NCBI GenBank assembly: GCA_031372465.1
Contig: JANMLJ010000244.1
Span: forward strand, 201-64,200
DNA: 64,000 nucleotides
Source of the DNA: Chitinophagaceae bacterium
GTDB lineage: Bacteria; Bacteroidota; Bacteroidia; Chitinophagales; Chitinophagaceae
Reading direction: 5' to 3'
Shown: piece after piece, positions 19,643-29,871 of the stretch
How the letters are laid out: every line of letters starts with the position of its first letter
Numbering within the stretch: position 1 is the first letter of the stretch
Made by a program: the position numbers and the translations under genes
The notes under the pieces: generated by a model
What the model was told of the DNA's origin: nothing
The model's database searches: none
What the model saw: the letters and a program-made list of their open reading frames with translations, nothing else

Positions 19643-21325
19643 TTGTCGAACATTATCAACCCCGATCTGGCAATAGCCCAGAAAGCCCCTATCCTGCATA
19701 TAAAAGAAATTGCTGCGAGAATTGGTATCTCTAATGATGACCTGGAATATTATGGTAAATACAAGGCTAAGCTTCCGTTGAAACTAATTGATGAAGAAAA
19801 AATTAAAAAAAATAAGCTGATACTGGTAACTGCTATCAGTCCAACTCCGGCAGGTGAGGGTAAAACGACCACTTCGGTGGGACTGGCCGATGGTTTAAAT
19901 AAAATTGGAAAAAAAGCAATGGCAGTATTGCGGGAGCCTTCATTAGGTCCGGTATTCGGCATTAAAGGAGGAGCCGCCGGTGGTGGATATGCACAGGTAA
20001 TTCCGATGGAAGATATCAACCTGCACTTTACCGGTGATTTCAGTGCCGTGGAAAAAGCAAATAATCTTTTAGCCGCATTGATTGATAATAATATTCAAAG
20101 CAAAACACGCAGTCTTGATATCGATCCCCGAACAGTAACCTGGAAAAGGGTAATGGATATGAATGACCGGTCATTGAGAAATATGGTGATCGGATTAGGG
20201 GGCACAGCAAATGGAGTACCACGGTCAGATGGATTTAATATCACAGCCGCATCTGAAGTAATGGCTATTTTATGTATGTCTAAAGATCTGGATGATCTAA
20301 AAAGCAGGCTTGGTAATATATTAGTAGGTTTCTGTAAAGACAATAAACCGGTATTTGCAAGACAACTGAATGCACAGGGTGCTATGGCGATTCTATTAAA
20401 AGATGCTATTAAGCCCAACCTGGTACAAACATTGGAAGGCAATGCAGCTATTTTACATGGCGGACCATTTGCCAATATTGCACAGGGCACCAACACTATC
20501 ATTGCCACTGAAATGGGTCTATCACTGGCAGACTATGTAGTAACGGAAGCCGGGTTTGGTGCAGACCTTGGAGCAGAAAAATTCATGAATATCAAATGCG
20601 GTTATGCCGGATTAAAACCAGATGCCCTGGTTTTGGTGGCAACAATAAGAGCTTTGAGACATCACGGTGGAGCAAAAAAAGCAGCATACAACATTCCCAG
20701 TCTGGAAAAAGTAAAAAAGGGTTTTGAAAACCTGGAGAAACATATTGAGAACTGTAAAAAATTCGGCTTGACCCCGGTGGTTGCCATCAATCATTTTAAA
20801 GCAGACTCCAAAGAAGAAATTGACTTTGTAATAAATGAATGTGCTAATCATGGCGTGAAGGCCTTAATCAGTGATTGTTGGGCAAGGGGTGGTGAAGGAA
20901 TGACCGAACTGGCACAAGCAATTGTTGAAATTATAGAAAATGGTGTCAATCATTTCAAACCATTGTATGATTGGAATCTAACTGTCGAAGAAAAAATAAA
21001 ATGTATTGCCACAGAAATATATGGTGCCGATGAGGTAGAATATTCTCCCAAAGCAAGAGAGGGTTTGAAAATGATCAAAGAACTGGGTTTTGATAAACTT
21101 CCGGTATGTATGGCTAAAACGCAGAAATCGTTTTCTGATAATGAAACTAAGATCGGTCGTCCCCGGAATTTTATAGTTACAGTAAGAGAATTTGAATTTG
21201 CAGCAGGAGCAGGGTTTGTTATTCCTATTCTGGGAGATATGATGCGGATGCCGGGCCTTCCGGCTATTCCTGCTTCTGAAGGAATGGATATTGATAATAC
21301 TGGGAAGATCTCGGGCTTGTCTTAA
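19643..21325 (+). CDS. fhs: Formate--tetrahydrofolate ligase
   Basis: TPAGEGKTTT, GIKGGAAGGGY, HGGPFANIA, TEAGFGADLGAEKF, MPGLP. Confidence 0.97.
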   Translation: MSNIINPDLAIAQKAPILHIKEIAARIGISNDDLEYYGKYKAKLPLKLIDEEKIKKNKLILVTAISPTPAGEGKTTTSVGLADGLNKIGKKAMAVLREPSLGPVFGIKGGAAGGGYAQVIPMEDINLHFTGDFSAVEKANNLLAALIDNNIQSKTRSLDIDPRTVTWKRVMDMNDRSLRNMVIGLGGTANGVPRSDGFNITAASEVMAILCMSKDLDDLKSRLGNILVGFCKDNKPVFARQLNAQGAMAILLKDAIKPNLVQTLEGNAAILHGGPFANIAQGTNTIIATEMGLSLADYVVTEAGFGADLGAEKFMNIKCGYAGLKPDALVLVATIRALRHHGGAKKAAYNIPSLEKVKKGFENLEKHIENCKKFGLTPVVAINHFKADSKEEIDFVINECANHGVKALISDCWARGGEGMTELAQAIVEIIENGVNHFKPLYDWNLTVEEKIKCIATEIYGADEVEYSPKAREGLKMIKELGFDKLPVCMAKTQKSFSDNETKIGRPRNFIVTVREFEFAAGAGFVIPILGDMMRMPGLPAIPASEGMDIDNTGKISGLS

Positions 21326-21332
21326 AATAGTT

Positions 21333-21377
21333 GAACCACATAGCATCATAGATACATAGACTACACATAGTTATACG
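21333..21377. repeat. Solo left arm of a CATAG-type repeat element
   Basis: GAACCACATAG (identical to 3180-3190) followed by three more CATAG units; no right arm seen. Confidence 0.55.
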
Positions 21378-21464
21378 ATAGGTAACTTTCAATAGTGTTT
21401 GAAACAAATTACATAGCGACATTAAAATATTTTCTATCCGGCAGGTTATTGGTTAAATTTGGGA

Positions 21465-22331
21465 ATGCGGCCCTCTTCAGTTGCAACTATGCAGGTTTTA
21501 AAATTTACTTCCTCGGGAGGTTCAGATAATTCTTTTATTTCAGAAGATAGAGAAGACCTGCTTGCCGTAGAAGAACCACTTGAGATAAGGATCGTTTATG
21601 GCCCTGTACTAAACCGCCAGCAAAAAAATATATCTGTCACCATGTGCACCCCGGGCAATGACATGGAATTAGCTACCGGTTTTCTTTTTACAGAAGGAAT
21701 TATCAGGAATAAAGAAGATATTCTGATTAGTAACTCTATCCTTGAATCAAGTATAGCCGGATCCGATGGAAATATTGTAACAGTGGAATTGGGAACTGAA
21801 GTTTCTTTTGACCAAAAAAAAATAGAACGACATTTTTATACTTCTTCCAGTTGTGGTGTATGTGGAAAATCGTCAATCGATACAGTAAAAAATATATTTA
21901 ACAACAAACCCGTAAAAGATAATTTCAGGATTAATGCTTCTCTTGTAATCAATCTTCCTGAATTATTACGCAAGCAGCAGGAAGTTTTTGAACATACCGG
22001 CGGACTGCATGCCTCTGCCTTATTTGATCTTGATGGCAGGTTACTTTTGACCCGGGAAGATGTGGGCAGACATAATGCGCTGGATAAATTAGTGGGTGCT
22101 GCATTGGCAAGTGGCCAGCTACCGCTGGATCAACATATATTATTATTAAGTGGTCGTGCAAGTTTTGAATTAATCCAAAAAGCAGCTATGGCAGGTATTA
22201 AAATCATTTGTGCTGTTGGTGCACCATCAAGTCTTGCTGTTGAATTGGCTAAAGAAACTGAAATTACATTGATTGGTTTTTTAAGAGACAAGAGGTTTAA
22301 TATTTATTCGGGTGAGCAACGAATTATTTAA
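21465..22331 (+). CDS. fdhD: Formate dehydrogenase accessory sulfurtransferase
   Basis: VEEPLEI, TMCTPG, SSCGVCG, TGGLHA, EDVGRHNALDK, SGRAS. Confidence 0.95.
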   Translation: MRPSSVATMQVLKFTSSGGSDNSFISEDREDLLAVEEPLEIRIVYGPVLNRQQKNISVTMCTPGNDMELATGFLFTEGIIRNKEDILISNSILESSIAGSDGNIVTVELGTEVSFDQKKIERHFYTSSSCGVCGKSSIDTVKNIFNNKPVKDNFRINASLVINLPELLRKQQEVFEHTGGLHASALFDLDGRLLLTREDVGRHNALDKLVGAALASGQLPLDQHILLLSGRASFELIQKAAMAGIKIICAVGAPSSLAVELAKETEITLIGFLRDKRFNIYSGEQRII

Positions 22332-22341
22332 AAAAGTTCTT

Positions 22342-22415
22342 ACCACAGATTACACAGATTTAAGCACAGATAACACAGTGTAATCAGTGAAAATAAAATC
22401 TGTGTAATCTGTGGT
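22342..22415. repeat. Intergenic inverted-repeat element with CACAGAT units
   Basis: Perfect 20-bp arms: ACCACAGATTACACAGATTT (22342-22361) and AAATCTGTGTAATCTGTGGT (22396-22415). Confidence 0.85.
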
Positions 22416-22429
22416 TAAGTTATTTTGTT

Positions 22430-22822
22430 ATGAAAATCAGGATAAAAGGAAATTCCATTCGCTACCGGCTTACTAAAACGGATATCATCAATTTTAAAAC
22501 TGCAGGTTTTATTGAAGAAAGTACGGAGTTCTTAAATAGCCCTTCTTTTCACTATCGTCTTGAAAGTAAAGCAGGTATTGAAAATATGGAAGCTTCCTTT
22601 TCAGGAAACACAATTTGTATTTTTGTTCCGGAAGGAATAGCAGACGAATGGACAAGTACTGAAGTAGTTGGTTTCAATACTGAAATGAACATTGGCGATG
22701 GCAAAGAATTGTTTTTGTTGATTGAAAAAGATTTTGTTTGTCTTGATCAGACGTTGGAAGACCAAAGCGATAATTATAAAAATCCGAATGAGAACATTTT
22801 GGATGATAGTCCGGTTTGTTGA
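22430..22822 (+). CDS. Conserved hypothetical protein in the formate dehydrogenase cluster (DUF7009-like)
   Basis: MKIRIKGNSIRYRL...LIEKDFVCL...DNYKNP. Confidence 0.75.
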   Translation: MKIRIKGNSIRYRLTKTDIINFKTAGFIEESTEFLNSPSFHYRLESKAGIENMEASFSGNTICIFVPEGIADEWTSTEVVGFNTEMNIGDGKELFLLIEKDFVCLDQTLEDQSDNYKNPNENILDDSPVC

Positions 22823-22839
22823 TTCAATTAACGGTTGTT

Positions 22840-24507
22840 ATGTCAAAAAACTTAAGTGAACTTTCAGGCAGAAAAGGTATAAACGAATCCCTTTTCGAAC
22901 AACTTGGTATTGTGGCCCGGTCAACCGGCAGTCCATCTGTTGAAAAAATGGAAGAACTGGCCGATAATTTTATTATAGGCAAGGCTAATGTGTTTGGTGC
23001 TGCCAGTTTTTATGATTTCCTGAAGCCGGAAAATAAAGGAAAGAATGTTTATATCTGCAATGGCAGTTCCTGTATGACTGCTGGAACACAACCTGCACTA
23101 AAAGAAAAGTTGCTGCAACATTTTGAGCCAAACGAGATTGGTGAAATGTGTTGCCTGGGACGGTGTCATGAAAACAGTTCGTTTCATATAAAAGGAAAAA
23201 ATTATTCTGGTCATGCTGTTGATGAGATTGAAATACTCAAAAAAAGCAATTCAGTTATTGAAGATAAATACCATGTCGCCTCACATGGCTCAGCCGTATT
23301 AACTGCCGCTTTCCCGGGCATAAAAGAGTATTATTCAATCCTTGCAGCTATATTAAAGAAGCCTGTAGAAGAGTTGCTGAATGAACTAACGATATCAGGT
23401 TTAAGGGGCCGTGGTGGTGCCGGATTTCCAATTGCTTTTAAATTAGCTGCCTGTAAAAAAGAGAGCAGTCAGCAAAAATTTATCGTATGCAATGCAGATG
23501 AAGGAGACCCCGGTGCATACAGCGATCGTTATTTGCTGGAACAACAACCACATAGTGTATTACTGGGAATGATGATCGCAGGATATATTACCGGGGCAAA
23601 CACCGGTGTTGTGTATATCCGCGCAGAATACCCTGAATCAATAGTTATAACTCAACAAGCAATTGATGATCTGTACGAACTGCAATTGGTGGGTGAAAAT
23701 ATTTTACAATCGGGTTTTAATTTCAACTTTAAAGTTATTAGTGCGCAGGGTGCTTATATCTGTGGCGAAGAAACCGCTTTACTTTCCTCCATCGAAGGGC
23801 AAAGACCAGAAGTAAGAGTTCGTCCGCCTTATCCCGTGCAGCAGGGCTTATTTAATAAGCCTACTGTAGTAAATAATGTAGAAACCCTGGCCTGCATTCC
23901 TTATATTTTAAAAAATGGCGGGGAAAAATTTGCGGCTATTGGTATTGGTAGATCAACGGGAACAAAGTTGGTTTCTTTAGATAGTTATTTTAACAGACCC
24001 GGTATATATGAAGTGGATATGGGAACACCCCTTTCCGTTGTAGTACATGATTTAGGAGGCGGATTCAGATCATCTGTAAAAGCCATGCATATTGGTGGTC
24101 CGCTTGGTGGATTAGTGCCCATTGCAAAAATCAATGACCTTACTATTGACTTTGAATCTTTTTCAAAAAATGGTTTTTTGCTGGGGCATGCTTCCGTTGT
24201 TTGTATTCCTGATTCTTTTCCTATAATAAAATACCTCGAGCATTTATTTCAGTTTACAGCACATGAAAGTTGTGGCAAATGTTTCCCCTGCAGAATCGGT
24301 TCTACACGGGGTGCTGAGATGTTGAAGAAAGCACAGGAAACAGCTGATAAATCAGATAGCTATCGGATAGATCGAGTTTTATTTGATGACCTAGTTGAAA
24401 CATTAGAGATCGGTTCGCTTTGTGCATTGGGTGGTGGTTTACCATTGCCCGTAAAAAATGCATTGCAGTATTTTGATAAAGAATTGTCGGTTTATTTTAA
24501 TAGCTGA
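22840..24507 (+). CDS. NAD-dependent formate dehydrogenase diaphorase subunit (NuoE-like + NuoF-like fusion)
   Basis: CNGSSC...CCLGRC (2Fe-2S), GLRGRGGAGFP, NADEGDPG, YICGEETAL, ESCGKCFPCRIG. Confidence 0.9.
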   Translation: MSKNLSELSGRKGINESLFEQLGIVARSTGSPSVEKMEELADNFIIGKANVFGAASFYDFLKPENKGKNVYICNGSSCMTAGTQPALKEKLLQHFEPNEIGEMCCLGRCHENSSFHIKGKNYSGHAVDEIEILKKSNSVIEDKYHVASHGSAVLTAAFPGIKEYYSILAAILKKPVEELLNELTISGLRGRGGAGFPIAFKLAACKKESSQQKFIVCNADEGDPGAYSDRYLLEQQPHSVLLGMMIAGYITGANTGVVYIRAEYPESIVITQQAIDDLYELQLVGENILQSGFNFNFKVISAQGAYICGEETALLSSIEGQRPEVRVRPPYPVQQGLFNKPTVVNNVETLACIPYILKNGGEKFAAIGIGRSTGTKLVSLDSYFNRPGIYEVDMGTPLSVVVHDLGGGFRSSVKAMHIGGPLGGLVPIAKINDLTIDFESFSKNGFLLGHASVVCIPDSFPIIKYLEHLFQFTAHESCGKCFPCRIGSTRGAEMLKKAQETADKSDSYRIDRVLFDDLVETLEIGSLCALGGGLPLPVKNALQYFDKELSVYFNS

Positions 24508-24510
24508 TTA

Positions 24511-24580
24511 TTGCCACGAATGCACAAAGAGTTAAGAAATCAGCTTCGTGTTTTTTAGAGCCCTGGTGTCTTAGTGGCAA
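24511..24580. repeat. Degenerate inverted-repeat element (TTGCCACGAA...TTAGTGGCAA)
   Basis: Terminal arms match at 9/10 positions; lies between the two FDH subunit genes. Confidence 0.5.
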
Positions 24581-24615
24581 AAAAAATTTGAAATGATTCT
24601 TTAAACATCCTGACT

Positions 24616-27432
24616 ATGGGCATCGTGTACAGAAAAAAAGATAAACATTTACAGGAACAAAAAGGCAAGACTGTTACTTATGGCTCATCCAATGGTAACG
24701 GAAACGAAAGTATTGCATATATTAACAATGAACCATTTGAAATAAAAGAAGGGGAAACAATTATTACGTTCCTCCGCAGATATTTTGGAAAAGATGCAGT
24801 ACCCACTTTATGTGATGCTCCCAACCTGGAGCCTTTTGGATCCTGCAGGGTATGCAGCGTAGATGTTGCTCTTGTTGAAAATGGACCTGTAAAAACATTG
24901 GCCTCCTGTCATACACCGGTAATGGCCGGCTCCTATATTTATCCTGATTCAGCCAGGATCCAAAAACTACGAAGGAATATTATTGAGTTAGTACTTACCG
25001 ATCATCCGCTTGATTGCCTTACCTGCGAAGTAAATAATAATTGTGAATTACAAACTGTTGCTGCAAGAGTTGGCATTCGTGATGTCCGTTATCCTGCCGG
25101 GAAAAATCATCTGGATAAGAAAAAAGATAACAGTCATCCTTACATGACTTCTGATCTTTCGAAATGTATTAATTGTTTTCGTTGTGTAAGGGCCTGTGAT
25201 GAAGTGCAGGGACAATTTGTATTAAGTATGGCAGGTCGTGGTTTTGACAGTCATATTATCAAAGGCTCTGATGTAAGTTTTAATGAAAGTGATTGTGTAA
25301 GCTGCGGCGCCTGTGCACAAGCCTGCCCCACATCAGCCATCAGCGATGTTTTTGAATCGAAGTCAATTGTATTTGATAAAAAAGTAAGGACGGTTTGCAC
25401 ATACTGTGGTGTTGGGTGTAACCTGGATGTGGCAGTAAATGCAGGCAGCATTAAATCCATACAAGCTCCTTTTGATGCTGATGCAAATGGCGGACATACT
25501 TGCCTCAAAGGCCGGTATGCATTCTCTTTTTACAATCATCCTGACCGTTTGCGTACGCCACTCATTAAAAAGAATGGAGCATTTGTAGAAGCAAGCTGGG
25601 AGGAGGCCTATGATTTTATTGCTAAAAAACTCACTGAAATAAAAAAGAAAAATGGCGCCGATGCTATTGCCGGTATTTCTTCAGCAAGATGTACCAATGA
25701 AGAGAACTATATCATGCAAAAATTTATCCGGGCGGTGATCGGCACCAATAATATTGACAGTTGTGCAAGGGTATGTCATTCTCCTACGGCTATTGGCATG
25801 CAACGAACATTTGGAACCGGGGCTGCTACTAATTCGGTTATTGATATGCAGTACACGGATTGTATGATGGTGATTGGCGCCAACCCCACGGATGCACATC
25901 CTGTTACAGGTGCCAAGATGAAACAACAGGCCATGAAGGGAAAGACATTGATAGTCATTGATCCAAGAAAAACGGAATTGGTGAAGTATGCCAACTATCA
26001 TTTGCAATTACGCCCCGGTACCAATGTGGCATTGCTGAATATGATGCTATATTATATCATCAAAGAAAATTTAGAAGACAATAATTTCATTGCAAACCGG
26101 ACTGAAGGATACGAAGAATTCAGAAATAATATTCTAAAGCTGGATATAGATGAATTAGAAAAAATAACGGATGTAGATTGTAATCTTGTGCGAGAAGCAG
26201 CGATAGCTTATGCAACAGCACCGAATGCCATGTCATTTCATGGACTCGGCGTTACCGAACATTCACAAGGAACATACACCGTAATGTTGATTGCAGATCT
26301 GGCCATGATAACTGGTAATATCGGAAGAAGGGGCGTTGGTGTAAATCCATTGCGTGGTCAAAACAATGTACAGGGCGCGGCCGACATGGGTTGTCAGCCC
26401 TACCAGGGTGCTGGTTATTTAGATGTAACGAATCCGGAGATTCATAAAATGTACGAAGCGTTTTACCAGGCAAAATTGCCACTGCATGTGGGCTTAAAAA
26501 TTCCTCAGATGTATGATGCAGCGCTGAATGATACATTAAAAGCTGTTTGGGTGATCGGTGAGGATATGGCGCAAACAGATCCCAATACTCATCATGTAGT
26601 AAAAGCATTAAGCAGGCTTGAATTGTTTGTTGTACAGGAATTATTTATGACAGAAACCGCTAAACTGGCCACGGTGATACTACCCGGTGCTTCTTTCCTG
26701 GAAAAAAGCGGAACATTTACCAATGGTGAAAGAAGAATTCAACGGGTGAATAAAGTGGTGGAACCAATTGAAGGAACAAAGAGTGATGGACAGATAATTG
26801 TTGATATGATGAACAGGATGGGATATGCACAGGCTGATTATGATCCGGAAACCATGTTAGAAGAAATAGCACAAGTGGTGCCTTTCTTTGCCGGAGTAAA
26901 ATGGAATGAGCTGGGTGATAATGGTAAACAATGGCCTGTGCAAGCTGATGGCACTGATACAGAAATATTACACCTTAAAACTTTTACAAGAGGGAAGGGC
27001 AAATTCATGTTTAATGCATTCAAAGAGTCGGAAGAAATTGTACAGCATGGAAAAGAATATCCTTATATCATTACCACCAACCGGGAAGTGGAACATTATA
27101 ACTGCGGCGCCATGACGAGGCGAACACGCAATGCTGATAGACTTACAGAAGATGTATTGCTTATCTGTGAGGAGGATGCCCGTAAACATTTTATCAGTGA
27201 TGGTGATATGGTTTGCGTAGAGTCTCCAAGAGGTAAAGTAGATATCAAGGCAAAGATCACCAATGAAGTAAAGCCCGGTATACTTAGCAGTACTTTTCAT
27301 TTTCCGGAAAATATGCTGAATAATATCACCTCCAGCATTAGTGACTCTGAAGCGATGTGCCCGGAATATAAAGTGGTGGCCTGTACGATCAGGAAGAGTA
27401 AGGGTAAGTATAAAATATTAAATAGTGATTGA
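24616..27432 (+). CDS. fdhF: Formate dehydrogenase alpha subunit (Mo/W-bis-PGD, Cys-type)
   Basis: N-terminal FeS domains (CRVC, HPLDCLTC, CINCFRC, CVSCGAC), CTYCGVGC, CARVCH active site, PLRGQNNVQG. Confidence 0.95.
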   Translation: MGIVYRKKDKHLQEQKGKTVTYGSSNGNGNESIAYINNEPFEIKEGETIITFLRRYFGKDAVPTLCDAPNLEPFGSCRVCSVDVALVENGPVKTLASCHTPVMAGSYIYPDSARIQKLRRNIIELVLTDHPLDCLTCEVNNNCELQTVAARVGIRDVRYPAGKNHLDKKKDNSHPYMTSDLSKCINCFRCVRACDEVQGQFVLSMAGRGFDSHIIKGSDVSFNESDCVSCGACAQACPTSAISDVFESKSIVFDKKVRTVCTYCGVGCNLDVAVNAGSIKSIQAPFDADANGGHTCLKGRYAFSFYNHPDRLRTPLIKKNGAFVEASWEEAYDFIAKKLTEIKKKNGADAIAGISSARCTNEENYIMQKFIRAVIGTNNIDSCARVCHSPTAIGMQRTFGTGAATNSVIDMQYTDCMMVIGANPTDAHPVTGAKMKQQAMKGKTLIVIDPRKTELVKYANYHLQLRPGTNVALLNMMLYYIIKENLEDNNFIANRTEGYEEFRNNILKLDIDELEKITDVDCNLVREAAIAYATAPNAMSFHGLGVTEHSQGTYTVMLIADLAMITGNIGRRGVGVNPLRGQNNVQGAADMGCQPYQGAGYLDVTNPEIHKMYEAFYQAKLPLHVGLKIPQMYDAALNDTLKAVWVIGEDMAQTDPNTHHVVKALSRLELFVVQELFMTETAKLATVILPGASFLEKSGTFTNGERRIQRVNKVVEPIEGTKSDGQIIVDMMNRMGYAQADYDPETMLEEIAQVVPFFAGVKWNELGDNGKQWPVQADGTDTEILHLKTFTRGKGKFMFNAFKESEEIVQHGKEYPYIITTNREVEHYNCGAMTRRTRNADRLTEDVLLICEEDARKHFISDGDMVCVESPRGKVDIKAKITNEVKPGILSSTFHFPENMLNNITSSISDSEAMCPEYKVVACTIRKSKGKYKILNSD

Positions 27433-27745
27433 TACTATTATTCGAGTGTAACTATTTTTTAACCAGGCTCCTGAATCAAATAAGTACAAGAAAGTTTCAA
27501 AATTGTATCGAAATACCCGTCTTAAAAAAGGCTCAATTATTGGTAATTTTTCATTTATGCAATGCAGCGCCCGGCATGTAGAAAATACTATATAAAATTA
27601 CATACGATGTTCATCCTTCTGCTATATCTGCAAAATGCGGCGTTTGAAGGCGGAATACCAATAAATTAATTTCTTTTTTCCTCCTTTTTTTTTAACTTTA
27701 TCCCTACTTACCCCGTTTACTCATTATTCTGAAATATATTTGACT

Positions 27746-29104
27746 ATGATAAAAATATTATTAAAGGGGGCATGCCTTTTATTCATTTTATTATTTATAC
27801 AGGGCTCCCTCAATGCGCAGCAAAAAACTCCGGAAAACTATCGTCCGCTTGTACTCAACTTGCCAGAAAATTTTGAATTATATCCCAATAGCGCGGGTCT
27901 GGGAATGATGACTCCTACGGGTTGGGGTGGTGTAAGTCCAATGGTTTTTGGCTTTATCGGTGGAACTTTTCCGCAAGTGTATAGCAAATTAAACGACATG
28001 ATTGGTGGTGCAGGAATTGGTGTTGGAAATTCTTATAAAAACATAAATGTAGTAGGGGTAGTCAATATCCATGATGCTTCCGAGTTCAATACATTAAGCG
28101 GCAGTATCATTGCCAGTCGTCATATTGGAATAGGTACCAGTTTAAGCGGCGGAGCATTAAATATTTTCAGGGATACCCGCACCGATGCGGGATCCAGTTT
28201 TTATCTGGCCCTCAGCCATGCTTCACAACGAATTAAATCAAAAACAGAGGGGTACTCCGGATTAAGCTATACCATTGGTGTTGGCAGTGGACGTTTTTAT
28301 GATAAAAGTCCTAAGGATATCTCTACAGGTAAGAGTAAACATGGTACAGCAGCATTTGCCAATCTTTCTTATGAATTGGCCAGGAATCTGAATGTAATTG
28401 CAGAATGGTCTGGAATAAATTTGGGTATGGCACTTGGTTGGAGACCATTTTTCTCTAAAAATTCTGGGTCTGTTGGCGGACCAGCTTTAAGTGGACCAGC
28501 TTTAACTCTTGGGGTTGCCGACCTTACAAGGTCATCCGGAGACAAGCCCCGATTAATTCTTAGCCTGAGCCAATCATTTTCGCTTTCAAAAAAAGGAAAG
28601 AGTGATGTGCAGAAAAATAAGAAAGAAAATACAAAAGATCTTTCTAAAAAGATTGAAAAAATAAACAAAAAAGTTGAAAAAGCTAAAACAGCTGACGAGG
28701 CGGATGATGCTGTTGTTTTAGCTGAACTTGCTTACCAGGAAGCACAACAATTATTGGCGGATAAAGGGGGTGATTATACCCGCGCAGCCAAGCAGGTGCT
28801 GGATGCAGCCAGGGCTAAGGCAAAGGCACTAAAAGCTGCTGAAGCTAAAGTTAAAACTGCAGAAGACGCGGTTAATGCAGCTAAATTGAGAGTAGAGGCT
28901 GCAAAAAAATTGGAAAAAGAAGCGAAGGATACCTATAAAGAAATAGTTTCCAAATTTGGAGCTAATTCACCGCAGGCTAAGGTGGCAGTTACGGCAGTTT
29001 CAAAAGCTGAAACGGCTAAAAAATTAGCTGAAGACGCTTATATAGAAGCTGAAAAAGCATTGAATGCAGCAAAAGAAGCGCTGAAAAATCCTAAATTCTT
29101 TTAA
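27746..29104 (+). CDS. Secreted/outer-membrane hypothetical protein with an Ala/Lys-rich coiled-coil C-terminus
   Basis: Signal peptide, a Gly-rich beta-strand-like region of about 280 aa, then an AK/AE-rich helical tail. Confidence 0.7.
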   Translation: MIKILLKGACLLFILLFIQGSLNAQQKTPENYRPLVLNLPENFELYPNSAGLGMMTPTGWGGVSPMVFGFIGGTFPQVYSKLNDMIGGAGIGVGNSYKNINVVGVVNIHDASEFNTLSGSIIASRHIGIGTSLSGGALNIFRDTRTDAGSSFYLALSHASQRIKSKTEGYSGLSYTIGVGSGRFYDKSPKDISTGKSKHGTAAFANLSYELARNLNVIAEWSGINLGMALGWRPFFSKNSGSVGGPALSGPALTLGVADLTRSSGDKPRLILSLSQSFSLSKKGKSDVQKNKKENTKDLSKKIEKINKKVEKAKTADEADDAVVLAELAYQEAQQLLADKGGDYTRAAKQVLDAARAKAKALKAAEAKVKTAEDAVNAAKLRVEAAKKLEKEAKDTYKEIVSKFGANSPQAKVAVTAVSKAETAKKLAEDAYIEAEKALNAAKEALKNPKFF

Positions 29105-29138
29105 AGTCTATTGGTTTCCATAAAATAAATTAAATATC

Positions 29139-29519
29139 ATGAAAAAAGTTGTTTTGTTTTTCATTATTTGTTTGAGTGTAATGAAAGGCTTTTCCCAGTT
29201 TAATAATCTTTCTGACTTTAATGTTCCAGGTGTTTTTCCGGGGGGCGGGCGTATAGCAATTAATGGTGATATTGGAGCAATAGAAATTACTACATCTGGT
29301 GAAAACATAATAGCAAGAGCTTTTGAAAGAATTTTTGCGAAAATAAATGCAGCTACAAATAGTGAAGTGGTTGAAGAAGCAATAAGGGAACTAGAATCAA
29401 TTTGGGAATCAATGGAATCTTCCGAGAAAGCAAAATTTAAAACCGCATACAAACAATTAAGAAAATATGCCAAAAGCAGGCGCAAGTCTCTTAAAAGGCA
29501 AGAAAGAAGCAATAGGTAA
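29139..29519 (+). CDS. Secreted hypothetical protein
   Basis: MKKVVLFFII...GFSQ signal peptide; co-oriented with the upstream gene. Confidence 0.65.
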   Translation: MKKVVLFFIICLSVMKGFSQFNNLSDFNVPGVFPGGGRIAINGDIGAIEITTSGENIIARAFERIFAKINAATNSEVVEEAIRELESIWESMESSEKAKFKTAYKQLRKYAKSRRKSLKRQERSNR

Positions 29520-29871
29520 ATTCTTAATAAACATCTAACAAATTCTAAATACAATAATAGCTTAGCGCTGTTTAGTCAAAGCGCTTTTAGTGTCCGAATA
29601 CATTCTATCTGAATATTCAAAAGAATTTTTTCAATTAGTTTTATTTAGAAATACAGACGCAACAATTCTTGGAAGAATCTGTAAATAATTTATAATAAAA
29701 AAAGACCCGTTTTTCTTTACAAAGAATAAAGGGTTTTAAAATTCAAAAAATCACGTCCAGCATCAATGTATCCTGCATGTTGTTCCCGAACTATAAATGA
29801 GTAACAGCTTTATCAGGAAGTGAAAATATTCCGTTTATTAAGAAACCCCGCAAAAAATATCCACCTGCTTG

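Noticed and set aside
22342-22415. Iterated short repeats here and at 3180 and 15208 as CRISPR arrays
   Set aside because: The units are about 10 nt, arranged as inverted arms without unique spacers, and no cas genes are present.
24616-27432. Selenocysteine-containing formate dehydrogenase
   Set aside because: The ORF is uninterrupted and the active site reads CARVCH (Cys).
29108-29554. 148-aa minus-strand ORF
   Set aside because: It is the antisense shadow of 29139-29519, which has a clear signal peptide and is co-oriented with its neighbour.
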